A stretch of DNA of 63,501 nucleotides, filler included, from Perkinsus olseni (Eukaryota): assembly GCA_013115125.1 (NCBI GenBank). It is 13 parts of 13 records of this genome, joined end to end, with 100 filler letters (N's around TTAATTAATTAA, not from the genome) between each part and the next. Parts side by side here need not be neighbours in the genome. Positions count along the whole stretch, not along the records: positions 34,552 to 39,338 come from JABANN010001243.1; positions 39,439 to 44,214 come from JABANN010001244.1; positions 44,315 to 49,064 come from JABANN010001245.1; 10 more parts are not named here. One strand, written 5' to 3'. How positions within the stretch are numbered: position 1 is the first letter of the stretch; the number at the start of each line of letters is the position of its first letter. A model generated the notes under the pieces. It saw only the letters and a program-made list of their open reading frames with translations, did no database searches and was not told where the DNA came from. Made by a program: the position numbers and the translations under genes. Shown here piece after piece: positions 34,452 through 46,850 of this stretch.

Positions 34452-34551
34452 NNNNNNNNNNNNNNNNNNNNNNNNNNNNNNNNNNNNNNNNNNNNTTAAT
34501 TAATTAANNNNNNNNNNNNNNNNNNNNNNNNNNNNNNNNNNNNNNNNNNNN

Positions 34552-34606
34552 TAAATTTGTGCCCCGGAAAAATAAATTTGTGCCCCGGAAAAATAAATTT
34601 GTGCCG
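34552..34606. repeat. 21-bp tandem repeat, ~2.5 copies, at the contig start
   Basis: (taaatttgtgccccggaaaaa)n. Confidence 0.9.
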
Positions 34607-34656
34607 GGCGCGCGAAAATTTCCCGTCAGTAATGCGCCAAAATCATTTTTGGTCAG

Positions 34657-34695
34657 AAAAACGCCCGGTCTGGGATTCGAACCGGGGACTCGAGC
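34657..34695 (-). other. tRNA-like 3' half (B-box, acceptor-like end, T5 terminator)
   Basis: Minus strand GTCCCCGGTTCGAATCCCAGACCGGGCG-TTTTT; no D or anticodon arm is recognisable upstream. Confidence 0.45.
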
Positions 34696-34795
34696 GTCTC
34701 GCGTGCAGTTGAGTTGTCATCATCATCACCGGCCTGAAATCATTGCTGGCGACGATGAGGATGTTGTCATAATTATCTGCCTCAGTCTATCATCT

Positions 34796-37700
34796 ATGTC
34801 ATCATCATCGTCGAAAAGGACAACAACGGCTCGTCCTCCTCCTCACCATAATCAGCGTGGTGGTGGTGATCATTATTATAATGATGATGCGAGGCTACAC
34901 TCTAGATCATCATCATCGAGTACGCGACAGCACGATCATTCTGAGCAGCAGCAGCAGCAGCGTCGGAGAGGCAGTAGAGGGCTCCGTGCTGCTGCTGTTG
35001 CTGGTCATCACCATTACAATAGGAGAAGTACTAGTCGATCACCCAGCCGAAGAGGTCGACAGGGGGCAGGACATCGGCGAGGCAGGAGGGATTATGAGGT
35101 AGTAGTGGTAGTAATAGGGTTATTACCACTCATGTGAATGGTATCACGTATATATAACCGTATACTGTATGACTGTATGTAGATGGATTATTATGAGAGG
35201 ACGAAAGGAAGTAGTAGCAAGAACATCATCACCTCCAGAAATAGTTGTGACTATACGACCAAGGAAACGACGGTTGGGATGGTCTCTAGCGATGAAGATG
35301 ATGATGAGAATGCCCATAGTAATGATAATAACGATATCGTTATTATTGATAGTGTTGTCGACCATTAGGAGCTGCTGTTGCCAATGCCGCAGCAGTAGCT
35401 ATAGCTGCGGCACAGAACATGGCAAAGACACAAGAAAAGCATGAGTTGGATAGGAGGATAGCTGTCGCTAGGGTAATACTAATCACATAATAATCATCTT
35501 GCCTTCATTACGATAGAAGGCCTCAACCACTGCGGCAACAGCAGCAGCAGCAGGGAGGAGGAGGAAAGCTAATAAGACGGTACTACCTGGATTTACAAGC
35601 ATGGATGATGACGACGAGGACGAACAGCCACAGCAGGAGTATCCTAGTAGTAGAGGTAGTTCTAATGGGCACCATTCGGGGGAAGGTAGGATATTACTAC
35701 TAGTCGATAGTAGTATGATGATTGATGTAGACTCTGCTGGTGCTGCTACTGGTGGTGCACTTGTACCACCACCATCATCATTAGCACAGATGCCGATACA
35801 CACCACTAAGACGAAACAAATGGATGATTTCCTAGATGGTAAGATTAATACGGCAACGACGAGGAGGACTGAGGAGAATTGTCATGATCATCATCATAAT
35901 ATCTTGTTGTTGTTGTTGTTTTTGTTGTTAGAGATTAAATCTCGTCATCAACTCAGACATGAAGTTGAAACTTTGAAAGATACTTTAAAGCAAGGTACAT
36001 TGACAGTAGCAGAGCAGTTACGACTTAAAGTAATAATAATATCATGAATATAGTTCTGATGATAATATTATGATCATCATCATCAGGGGCGCCTTGCTGG
36101 TCTACAGAGTAAACTTGGTGGTGTTACTACTTTACAGGAGTCGGAAATGATCGGCAAGGCGATGAGAGGGTAGTGCCATCATAATCATGTTGTTCATGTT
36201 GTTGTTCTTGATGATCATATTCAGGGATCAACATCATGGGGATTACCAAGATGATGAGGAGACGGCTAACCTATACATTGGCAACCTACCATTCGGCGTT
36301 ACTGAGGATATGCTAATAAAGGAATTTGGTAAATATGGATCGATGTAAGAACAATACCAACAACGGAGGTAGTATTCTTGTTGCATGAACCAGTACCAGT
36401 GTTAAGATAATGTATCCAAGAACAGACGAAGAACGATCCAGAGGGTAGTCCTCATCATCATCATCATCACTGGGCAGCATTCATATTACTACACCTATCA
36501 TAGGTACGTACCAGCGTTTATAGCATTCTCATCGAGAGAGGAAGCACAAGCAGCAAAGGAAGCAATGGAAAGCGGACCATGCACGTTTGGGGGAGCTATG
36601 ATGAGGGAGACTATATTACGGTAGTAGTAGTAGTAGTAGCTGGTTATCAGGGCTCGGTTATTATTATTCCCAATGATACTAGGGTTGGATGGGGTAAAGC
36701 AATGAACTCTGCTCAAGTTAAAACAGCACAACGTAATAAGAGTATGCTTGTTCAAGTCGCACAACAACAAGGAGGAGAAGGAGGAGTTGTAGGAGCTAGT
36801 AATACCTCAGGAGGAGGAGGAGGGACTGGATACCCGATGATAGTAGGGCAGCATTCTCCAGCATCATCATTATAATAGTAGTAGTATGAGTATCTCAGAG
36901 TACTACTACTACCACAACAACCACCTTACCACCATCACCCGCTCCTAGTGTACTACATTCCAACTTCTCACAACCCAAACCCGTAATAGCTCCTGTTGTT
37001 GTTATGGTAGTGGTGGATGTAATATTTTCTTCTTGTTAGAGTATTCATGTTCATGTTGAAGTGCCCAAGTCGGATAAACAAAGATCATTGATTGACAAGA
37101 TAGCAAGAATGGTAGCTGATAATGGCCGCAATGTTGAACAGGTAATAATACCACCATCATAATCATCATCACCGTCAGTATCTTACCTTGTAGGTAGCCA
37201 TAATGAGGGTCCAAGCACGGAATGGTCGCAAAGAGAAGTACTACCACAACAACCACTATCACCACTACTACAGCTTCCCAACCCTTCTTCTTCCCTTCCC
37301 CTAGGTACAACTTTCTCTTTGACTATGACTCTCCCCACGGTCAGTATTATCGTTGGCGGACGTGAGTGTTGCTGCTTGTTCATGTTATTATTATTCTACT
37401 CATTATGAATAATAACAGATTCGCGTATGCTCAAGGGGATAGTGGTCTACGCTGGCGAACCGAGCCTTTTATTATGTGTCAAGCCAATCCTTTATGTAGT
37501 GATCCAAGTAAGTCACGAAAGAAGTGGTATGATCATCAATACGTCTGCATCATCCTTACTATTATTTTAGCGGTTCTTTGGCATCCGCCGCCCTGTAGGG
37601 CTTGCGAAAGGAGCACTCTTGACAGTAGTAACTCTTCTTCTTCTTCTGCTGCTGCTGCTGGTAGTGGTGGTGGCCGGAGATCTGATGAGATTAAACGTAA

Positions 37701-39120
37701 TAAGCACAGCAAAAATGATGATGCGGTAGTGAGCATCAGCATGGCATTAGTATTATGGCTAGGCGGGCCGGGTGGAAGATCACGTAGCAAACTGGGTGGT
37801 AAGATGTTGATACCATCGGATAAGGCTTTATTAATGGATAAGTTAACTAACTTGGCCAGTACCAATAGTAATAATGATACAGTCATCATGATCATGTTAA
37901 TGATGATCTTTCCTCGTCTTCTTCTTGGTAGGATATGTTATTAAGGATTTAATGGTGTGGTGTATCGATCATACTGAGAGTAGTATTGAGATAGTTGATA
38001 TGATAATACATGAGATGATGAAGGAGGAAAGGAAGAATAGACTACGCAAGATACCCCTTCTGTAAGAGGGCTTCAAGGACGAAGTGAAGATACCTAACAT
38101 GTACAGGTATTTAATATCGGACATATTACATAATAGTGGATGTTCTACCAAGAATGGTGCCTGGAGTTATCGTACCCAATTAGAGTCTAAATGTGCACAA
38201 ATAATGGCTATGTTCCGCAACACAACAACACAATGCGAAAATTATGGTAATACCAACAACAACAGCAGCAATCGTCATCATCATCATCATCATCCACATT
38301 ATCACGGTTAATATTGGTATCATTCAGATAACTCGTCTTCCTCGTCTTCCTCCTCGTCTTCCTCGTCAATAGCAGTGGATAAATGTTGTAATGTACTTAA
38401 TGCCTGGGAACAGAATGCCATTTTCGGCCCTGAGTACACAAGCGGGTTGGCAGCAACATTAATGAGAACCCCTGATAGAGATCATGATCTATCCAATATG
38501 AACTCTATGACGACACAAGAGGAGAGGGGACGACACTTCAGTCAATTGGAACGTTACTGTCGGAATAACGGTAGTACTCATACCAATGGCAGCAACAGCA
38601 GCAACAGCGAGAAGAATTGATAATGAGTATTCAGGCCTATTATGGGAATATCCTAGTAGTATTACCGATGCTGAGGGGAAGAAACAATGGTTGCTCCTAC
38701 AGATAATTAACGAAAGATTGTAATAATGATATTCGATAGCAACACTTGCAGCGATACTGCAAGTGTATGGTATCCTTCATCAGATATCATAATAAGAATG
38801 GTGGTGGTGGTAAGATGGGTGGTGATGATGTTGATGTTGATGATGGTATAGATGGTGAATCAGTTGGTAGTGATGATATTAGCATAGCCACTAGTGACGA
38901 TGATGAGGAGGATGAAGAGGATATTGATGGTAGTATTACTGTGTTGCTGTTGTTGTTGTGATGATGATAACGTACAGGTGAAGCATTGATATTACCTGGT
39001 GATGGTATTGAGGAGGTGATCGAGGAGGAGAAGGAGGAGAGGAAAGCCGTAGATAATAGCCATACCACCACCACCATCATTGATGATGACGATGAGTCAT
39101 TGGATGGTTCACCTTTATGA
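34796..39120 (+). CDS. U2SURP: U2 snRNP-associated SURP-motif protein (SR140): RRM + SURP + CID, multi-exon
   Basis: NLYIGNL...FGKYGSI.SVKIMYPRTDEERSR..AFIAF..VGWGKA (RRM); LIDKIARMV..YNFLFDYDSPHGQYYRWR..AQGDS..RWRTEPFIM (SURP); MVWCIDH..YLISDILHNS..AWSYRTQLE..VLNAWEQNAIF (CID); QLERYCRNNG; acidic DIDG tail. Many short introns. Confidence 0.9.
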
Positions 39121-39308
39121 TACCCCCATCGATAAACGTCTCCATGCCTGTTATTATCATCATCATCATCTCAATGTGATCATACGTTTCTCCCACACGT
39201 GTAACACTTCTCTATCATTCCCTTTACTATTGTTATTAATAGCAGTAGTAGTAGTAGCATGTAGCGTTGGGAAGGTCCTTTCATTACTTTGAAGAACAGC
39301 AGTTTTCG

Positions 39309-39338
39309 CCACCACCACCACCACCACCACCACCACCA
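39309..39338. repeat. (CCA)n microsatellite at the contig end
   Basis: About 10 units, running into the spacer. Confidence 0.9.
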
Positions 39339-39438
39339 NNNNNNNNNNNNNNNNNNNNNNNNNNNNNNNNNNNNNNNNNNNNTTAATTAATTAANNNNNN
39401 NNNNNNNNNNNNNNNNNNNNNNNNNNNNNNNNNNNNNN

Positions 39439-39960
39439 ATAAATCCAAACTTCGCCGTTGACCTGCGACCCACTACAAGTGGAAGACCTGAATAGCGACT
39501 GGTCGATCCGACTGCGAGCAGCTTTCTCTCCTGGAAACAAAGCGATAGTCTCCTCCTACACATTTCTTCCCGGAAAGAAAGGAATGGAAAGAATGCCCAT
39601 TCGCTCGGCCCAGGCTGAGCGGCTCCGCCATTCTCGACTGTTTGATATCGTGAACTATTGCGCTCTCAAAGGAAGTAAGTGGATGATCACCTCGATAATC
39701 ACTCAGGGATCCTGAGTGATTATCCGGAGTAATTCATTTTCTATGGCTCCATTTCGATCGACAGAAGTGACTGATGTCTGGGAAAAGTACACCGAGCAGG
39801 CAGTGCTAGCCGCAGCTGCCTTTGGAGTACCAGACAACGCAATGGCCAGTCGAGTTTTGGCATGCGAGTGGCGCCACTACCCGAGGAGCTATTCAATAGA
39901 TCGTCTGATAGCAACGTAATACACTCCCAGACTAGAACTCCCAGTTGTTGAGTCACTCAA
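39439..39960 (+). mobile_element. Possible degenerate retrotransposon gag fragment
   Basis: Intronless stop-interrupted frame (PFRSTEVTDVWEKYTEQAVLAAAAFGVPDNAMASRVLA) upstream of and on the same strand as the pol remnant; no diagnostic motif. Confidence 0.3.
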
Positions 39961-41299
39961 CTTGATTGAGGCCTCCCTTTCGCAGTTTTTGTAATGATTC
40001 GGTGAAATTAGGTGTCATCAGTCTGGGTCCGAAAAACGTGCGGGCCACATTTGAGTTACTTTGAGGCACACATTGTGTGCTTGAAGCGGCCTGTTATAGC
40101 CTATAAAAAGCGGCCTATGACTTGCAGGCCGCCTGTACAAGGATCGTGTGCTACTTCTTTCACAGGCCGGATATCAACACGTGTTTTTGTCGTGGTGGGA
40201 TGCGCTGGCAGCTAGATTCAAGAAAATTTGATTACTAATTATTAATTAGTCTTTTCATTTCATTCACAGTCACTGGAGAGGAAGTCCTGCGTGCTCATAC
40301 CCTGCGCCAACACCGTTGCGGCAGTACCGCTACGTTATGGCACACTGTCAGCCGTTCACGGGCAGCAGGCTGCCTAGGCTCGAAGATAAGTTAATTATCG
40401 GAGCTGACAAATTACGCTTGAATTGTATTGAGTCATTCAATTTGAACGCAAGTATCACATTATGTGATTCACATATGCCTCAGTATAAAATCTTCATTTC
40501 CTGCAGGATAAGACTCACCCGATAAGTCGATTGGTGATCACTCGCTGCCAATTTGGTAGCGACAACACATTTCTGCGCAGAAATGACACTCGCTGAGGTA
40601 GATTCCCCGATCATCAGGTTATCAACCGCGAAGTTCACCGCAATACCATAGCATTAGACCCTTCGGAAACAATTGCACATTGATGCCAGGAAGAAAATAA
40701 AGACCTGTGACGAGATCCGAAGTTTTCTTCTTAGCTGTTCTGGTCCTCTGTTGATGTAATTAATCTTTTGTGTTACGCTGTCCCTTCTGAGGGTATGTGA
40801 TGATTTGATTGCTGTTGATATTTGGGCTCGCGTGCAATTGTATTGTGTCAATATCTTAGTGTTTGTGTTATGCTATGTGCACTAGTTATGAAACGGTTTA
40901 TATTAGTAACAAGTATACAAAGTTTTACAAGTTGGTGAAACGGTTACTCCTGTACCTCTTCTACCCTACCACTGGTTGCGTTACTGGGTCCATTTCTGCA
41001 CAGACCTGCTTGGGTCGCTTACGAGCCGCCTCGTATGTGCGCCTATACGACGTGAGCGCCAATGCACTTCCGCGTATAGAACAAAGTAGGCACGCACCTC
41101 CAGATGCGCTAGCAGGGTCGGCTCTTTCAGTTCTCCCGCATGATCTGCGGGAGTAGCATTGCCCCGGCTATGTTACAAACGGCAATGTCTCACGTGTCGG
41201 CACTCCTCCCCAAACCTCTGCCTGCCTTGGGCTACCAACTCTGCGCCTTGGATGACATCGAGCACGACCTCCATCTAGACGCGCCCAATCGAGCCTAGG

Positions 41300-44044
41300 A
41301 TCGACACTGCGAAGGAACCTCACGTAGCTGGTCCTACATGGACGGCTTCTCTGATACGATTGTGGATGACCCATCGGTGGTCAAGGCTCACGAGGATCAT
41401 GATATTTCTCTCACCTCTCAGGAACTAGCCGACCAAGGCATCATCTTTGAGCTCGGCGTCGAGTTCTGCGACCAGGGCACTCGTATTTGGTACCCCGCTA
41501 AAGGCACTCAGGCTTTAACGGATTGATTGGTCCCTGGCTACACCACCACCGACCTATCGCGAAGCATTGGGCTTGCTTGGCACCCTCCTTCAAGAGTCCG
41601 ACCTACTACCTGACCACGTCCTGCCCTGCAAGAACCTCCTCACGGGCTTCGTCAGCAAGTGTCGTACGCAGCTCAAACACGGCTGGGACTCTCCCATACC
41701 AGCCGACGCTCTACAGCTGCTCCGTCGTTGGCAAGACCTGGTTCGTCACAGCACTCACCGTCGTAGTCTCACAGTCCATCACCGTATCTACCTCCACCTC
41801 CCTGTCGACGTCTGCGTCGATGCCAGCAAGAGCATGTTGGCCTACGACGTCAAGCAGAACGACGAAGCTATCTTTCGCGAGCAGAAGACTCTAACCAAAT
41901 CCCAGAAAGTCCTGCACATCAACCATGGTTGCTCTCGCATCCGCCTCTTCCTGAGGAACCATCGTGTGCACAATGGTGTCCAAGAAGTCTACTGCCGTCA
42001 ATACCTGACCATGATACATCATTTCCTTGGTGACTGACTTCTCGGCTACAACCACATCGAGGGCACGGTACAACCACATCGAGGGCACGGAGAATCCAGC
42101 GGACGAGGGCACGCGCAACGATCTCTTCAACGACATCACCGGTTGTCGCTACCACTACGACTGCCTGTCCACTTCTGCAACACCTTCCGAACAATGGCGA
42201 CGTCGACCGGGAGCCAAGTCAAAGCACGTCGCGATGCCGCTCGCTCAGCCACTGATACGAGCGAGCCCTCCCGCCCATCCTCTACAGACGTTCACGATGG
42301 CTCTACAGGTGCTAACTCTTCCCATCAAGACCATCCTCCGCCGGACGCGCCCCCTGACAGCCATCATACTTCTTCGTTCTCTGACTCGAAATCACCGATT
42401 CATACTACCCACGGACCTCCTCTACTCTCGCTAAGTACTCGTGTTACCTTCTTACCTACAACACCCGATGGCGAGCTCGACGTCGGTCCGGATGCTTTTT
42501 TACAAACTGCGTTGGTCGACCTTTACCACAAGCAGAGTCACGACGGAATCTTTCACACGACCCAGCGGCTTGGTCACTACTCTTGGCCGGACAAAACTAG
42601 TCCATCGGTAAAGAACCGCAACTTATGCCAAACTAACAAGACCTAACCTTATGACAAACAAAAAAGGAAACCCCTCGGATACGGGAATTACCACGAAATC
42701 GGCACCGACTCCACTGGACCCTACTTAAACCACCAGTTCTACAACACCGCTGTTAGCGACCGCCTGTCTCGCCTCTGCGTCTCGATTGGTGGTCAACTCT
42801 CTCCCACAAGCGAAACCGCTGTCGCCCTGATCCGATAATTACACTTACACTATGGAGTCCAACCACACCGGGTCATGTCTGACATCCACAAGACCTACGT
42901 ACGTAGTTTCCACACGTACAGTCTTGGGCCATACACTGACGACTCGTACAGTGTCCAGTGGTACAGTTTCAGCCCATACACTGATAACCCGTACACTGGC
43001 GATCCGTACAGTATCCAGTGGTACACTTCCAGTACGTACAGTGATAAGTCGTACAATTCCGACTCTTACAGTTGAAGAGTCTTAAACCGACTAATTTCTG
43101 TCAGTTACCAGGTGTGCAGTGCACCATCCTCTGGGTCCTCTAGGTCTGTGGCCTTGAGTGTGAGCCCTTCTTATCGATAGATGTCACCGCCGAGGATACC
43201 CCGAGCATTACTATCTACCCCTTCTGCCTTCTGGATTGGAAATTGGTTTTCAGGCGAGTTGGTTAAGTGTTTATTCACGTATGTGGCACAAGTTCAAATC
43301 CCCCAGAAGGAATTCAAGCTATCTAAATAACTCCTTCACAAGTTTGCCGCAATTTGCGTAAGGAGGCAGCTGTACCGAATAACACTGTACGAATAAAGTT
43401 TGTACCGCTGAATACTGTATGAATGGTCAGTGTACGGCTGGATAGTGTACGACTTGTCACTGTATCTGTGAACACTGTACTGAACGACACTGTATTACTG
43501 GCAACTGTACGAACTGTGCATGACTTATCACTGTATGGCTTGAAAGTGTACGAGATACTCCTGTATGAATGAAAGACGTACCGAATAAAGCCTGTACGAG
43601 TCCGGGGGTGTACCAGTTGTCACTGTATCATTTGTCACTCACCCGCTAAACCCTCGTCCACGTCGTCCGAGTGGATACTCTCCTCATGCGCTTCTTTTTA
43701 CTTACGGCGTTCAACATCCGGTTACAGGCGACATGAAAATCTACGATTCGCAGGCTGTCACTATCAAAAGGAGACATTGTCTCCACAATGGAGAACAGCA
43801 GCTCCAACGCTCCTACAATAACTTACCGGCACTGCCGCATTCTCACGAACTTCATGAGGGGGATTTTTTCTGGGTTAGAACGACTCCACAAGACGCTCGT
43901 AAACGTCTATCCCACTACCAAGAACCCCTCACTCTCAAGCAACGACTTAGCACTAACCGCTGTCTGCTCTCTCATGATACCATTCAGTCTACCAGAAATC
44001 TGAGGATTCGGCACTTTCTGTGTGTTGATTCCTATGTAACCTGA
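41300..44044 (+). mobile_element. Degenerate BEL/Pao-like LTR retrotransposon pol (RT, RNase H, integrase), interrupted by an insertion
   Basis: SYMDG (decayed YMDD, ~41335), GWDSPIP..W, VCVDAS, YNHIEGTENPADEGTR (Pao-type NPAD motif), YHKQSHDG..HYSWP zinc region, EIGTDSTGPY, YGVQPHRVMSD; resumes after ~43640 with SPHALLF and LHEGDFFWVR. Many frameshifts. Confidence 0.7.
42900..43640. mobile_element. Foldback/MITE-like insertion with inverted 15-bp-period arrays
   Basis: 11 units RTACAST+N8 at 42916-43080 and about 18 reverse-complement units at 43361-43628 around a ~290-bp core; sits within the integrase catalytic core. Confidence 0.7.
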
Positions 44045-46494
44045 TACACCCGAATGGCACAGCAAACCGTTTCGCAAAAGAAATCACAGGAGAACCGTTT
44101 CGCGCAAGGAAGGACTGTGCAAACTTCGATACGCAAGTTGTGTCCGATTGGAAGGGTCCGAAAGGAAGTCCGACGCGGTTGAGCGACGGAAGGATAGTAG
44201 AGATAGTAGCCAAGNNNNNNNNNNNNNNNNNNNNNNNNNNNNNNNNNNNNNNNNNNNNTTAATTAATTAANNNNNNNNNNNNNNNNNNNNNNNNNNNNNN
44301 NNNNNNNNNNNNNNGCTGCACGGTATTCTCGCTCGCCCGTAATCGATTTTGCAACTGCACGTGAATTAGAGGCTCGGCGCAACTTCATGAATTTGCAGTT
44401 GCGAATTTGCAGTTGCAGAAGCGCGCGGAAAACCCTATTTCAGTTTGCACTAGTATCGCTCTAAGCCCTTTGAATTGTGTTACAAGCCGACGGGATGTTG
44501 CTTAGATCTGGGACGAAATTATCTAGAAACGATCGCCCTGCTTTGTCTAATGCTTCAATAGGTTCTACACCTCTCAATCCATCGTCTGACGACGCGTCTA
44601 AACTGGTCTACTTGCCACCAAGAACCACTTCTACGCCTAGAACTACGAAATTTCCAACAACTCCTCTAAGCCATCCCGTACATGAGCGGTGTCGGGCGAG
44701 CGCCAAACAGACAGCGCAGTATGAGCTTACCCTCATCCGTCGTCTCCTCCCGTTGCCACCGACTTTGGGTGTTAAGTTGTAGTAAGTTTTCGTGTGACCA
44801 GTCAGCCCTGTTACTCCATGGCCGACTCTAGCGACCCCCCAGAGCCCCCCAAGGTTGATGATGATGTGATCTGCAGTAGCTGGTCTGAAGGCTGTGATAA
44901 CAATAATAACGATTCAGCAGAGGGTCAGGCACCCAACGCGACGGATCAACCGGTGGGATTAGACTCTGGGGAATTCATCCTTTTTGGTGGCCATCGTGTT
45001 TTACTTTTGACCGAGCATCACCAATTGGAATTCAGTGCAATCCTGATGAAGCTTTGGGGCGTGTGTGACTGCGAAAACGGATGAGCTGACGAACTGACTT
45101 AAAATAGCAGCTCACTAGTTCAGAGTAGAGCTGGCTGCAGTAGTAGCGCCCTTCAAGACGTCCTCCGTCGCTGGCTGTCCTTGACTATCCCTCACGACTG
45201 TTGATTTTTGCGTCTTCATGTCGGCGAAGCATCAGAGACTTCCGAACGTTCGTGTGAAAATACATCGGGCTGGCGACCGATCTTGCTGCGGTTGTTCAGT
45301 ATTAAGTAAAGCTATTTGCGGTGAGGGACCCGCTTAAGAACTGTGACATCATTGAGAGTTTCGGGGAATTTATGTTGGTCCATCTTGAGAGAAGTTTCAC
45401 TGGCCGGCGGTGATCTGCTTTCGTCATTCACAGACTCGGGTCACCGAACATTCGCCTGTACTGAATACCGTGCTCACCGGTGATTCTATGGGACTTCGTG
45501 ATTGGAAATTAGATTCAACGCGCGAAGGCATTACCAAGCTTTCTCGGCTCCTTGTACCAGCACAGCTCCGAGGGTTTTCCGGTTTCTCAGGTTGCCACGG
45601 AGATTCCCAATCCACCGGCAGTACAACAACCGCAGCCACAGACGATCGTGGTGGTGAGCGGCCTGCCCACAGTCAGCCCTGCTCAAGTAGCTCCTATCAA
45701 CGTCTCTCCAACGGTAAGAGAGAGGGACCGACTTAGCTGTCTCAGCGGAAAGTTTCGTCGTTCGGAGTCGGTCTTTTACTCCCAATCGCTGCGCCAGACA
45801 CGGGCAGGAAGAAAGCACCTGCAGTCCTCTTAGTAGTACTGCGGAATGTGCTTCGGATAAACTGTCACTTCAAGGATGATCAGTCTGGCAGTTTCCCTCT
45901 CGCTGTAGGGTAGTAATGTCGTGCTACTGAGGATTTGCAGAAGTAGCCAAAGATCGCTTCGAATCCGATCAGAATGGAAAGGCCCCTGTCGGACGCGTTG
46001 ATGTGTTTGCTTTTGGCAGGTTTATGCGGCGTCGCCACCTGTCGAGAACTGCAAGGAAGTGGCTCGGGCAGACGCTGCTATTGCGAAACGCCATCTGATG
46101 GTGTAAGAGTTGACGATCTTCTAGCGCGGTATGATTTGCGGAATTTATGGTATGTGATTCGCTAGTCGCTCGTGCAACTATCCACAAACTCCGCCGTGGC
46201 TACGAATTGCCGAATGGACTCGAGCCAAAAAAGCAACGCGTCAAATAGATCTCTCTTAGAGGCATCCCCCTCCGCGTTTTCGAGATATTGGTAACCGCAA
46301 ATAAGATTCTGATGTGGTGATGGTTTGCACTTGCGGGTTTCAGAACGTCTTGCACCAGTAGAGATCGAGAGACCGACTCCTATGCATGGCGATCGATTTG
46401 GAAGACATCCAGGACTGAGATGGTGAGGAAGATTCTTTCTCTGTGAACCATTGCAAGCATTCTTCATTCTCTTTGTGACCGTGAAAATAATAGA

Positions 46495-46850
46495 CTAACC
46501 ATGATATATCTGTATGCAGTCTGTATAGTCATACAAGGCACTATACAGGAGTGGCACTATACAGGAGGCACTATACAGTACACCTCTCGTTTTCTTCAGG
46601 GAGAGTTCGGCGTCGGTATTCAGCTTTACTTTGACTTTCTCCTCTACCTCGGAGTAGTCCTGCTGGTAAGTGAGCCCGGTCGTGGTAAAATCGATTAAGT
46701 CCCCGTGCCAGGTGATGGCCTTCATGGCAACTCCCCTCCTTCACAAGGCGGCTCAAGGCGACCTCGCAGGCGTTGGCGCTAATGTGATGGTCAGAACTTC
46801 CATCGGGAATATTGGAGAGTGCGGCAAGTTCGGCGAGCTGTGCACTGATG
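46495..46850 (-). mobile_element. Possible retroelement pol remnant
   Basis: Intronless frameshifted segments (ANACEVALSRL / KAITWHGDLIDF..LSLKKTRGVLYSASCIVP) with an RT-thumb-like character; no catalytic motif seen. Confidence 0.25.

Noticed and set aside
34380-34700. tRNA-Ser 5' part and a nearby tRNA-like 3' half as a split or permuted tRNA
   Set aside because: They are on different contigs separated by an artificial spacer, on opposite strands, and their acceptor sequences are not complementary.
34857-39292. Many short hydrophobic or His/Ser-rich ORFs on both strands
   Set aside because: These are translations of triplet-repeat introns and antisense frames of the U2SURP gene.
42916-43628. 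Repeat-spacer arrays resembling CRISPR
   Set aside because: The repeat is only 7 bp with 8-bp spacers, the two arrays are inverted, there are no cas genes and the context is a eukaryotic transposon.
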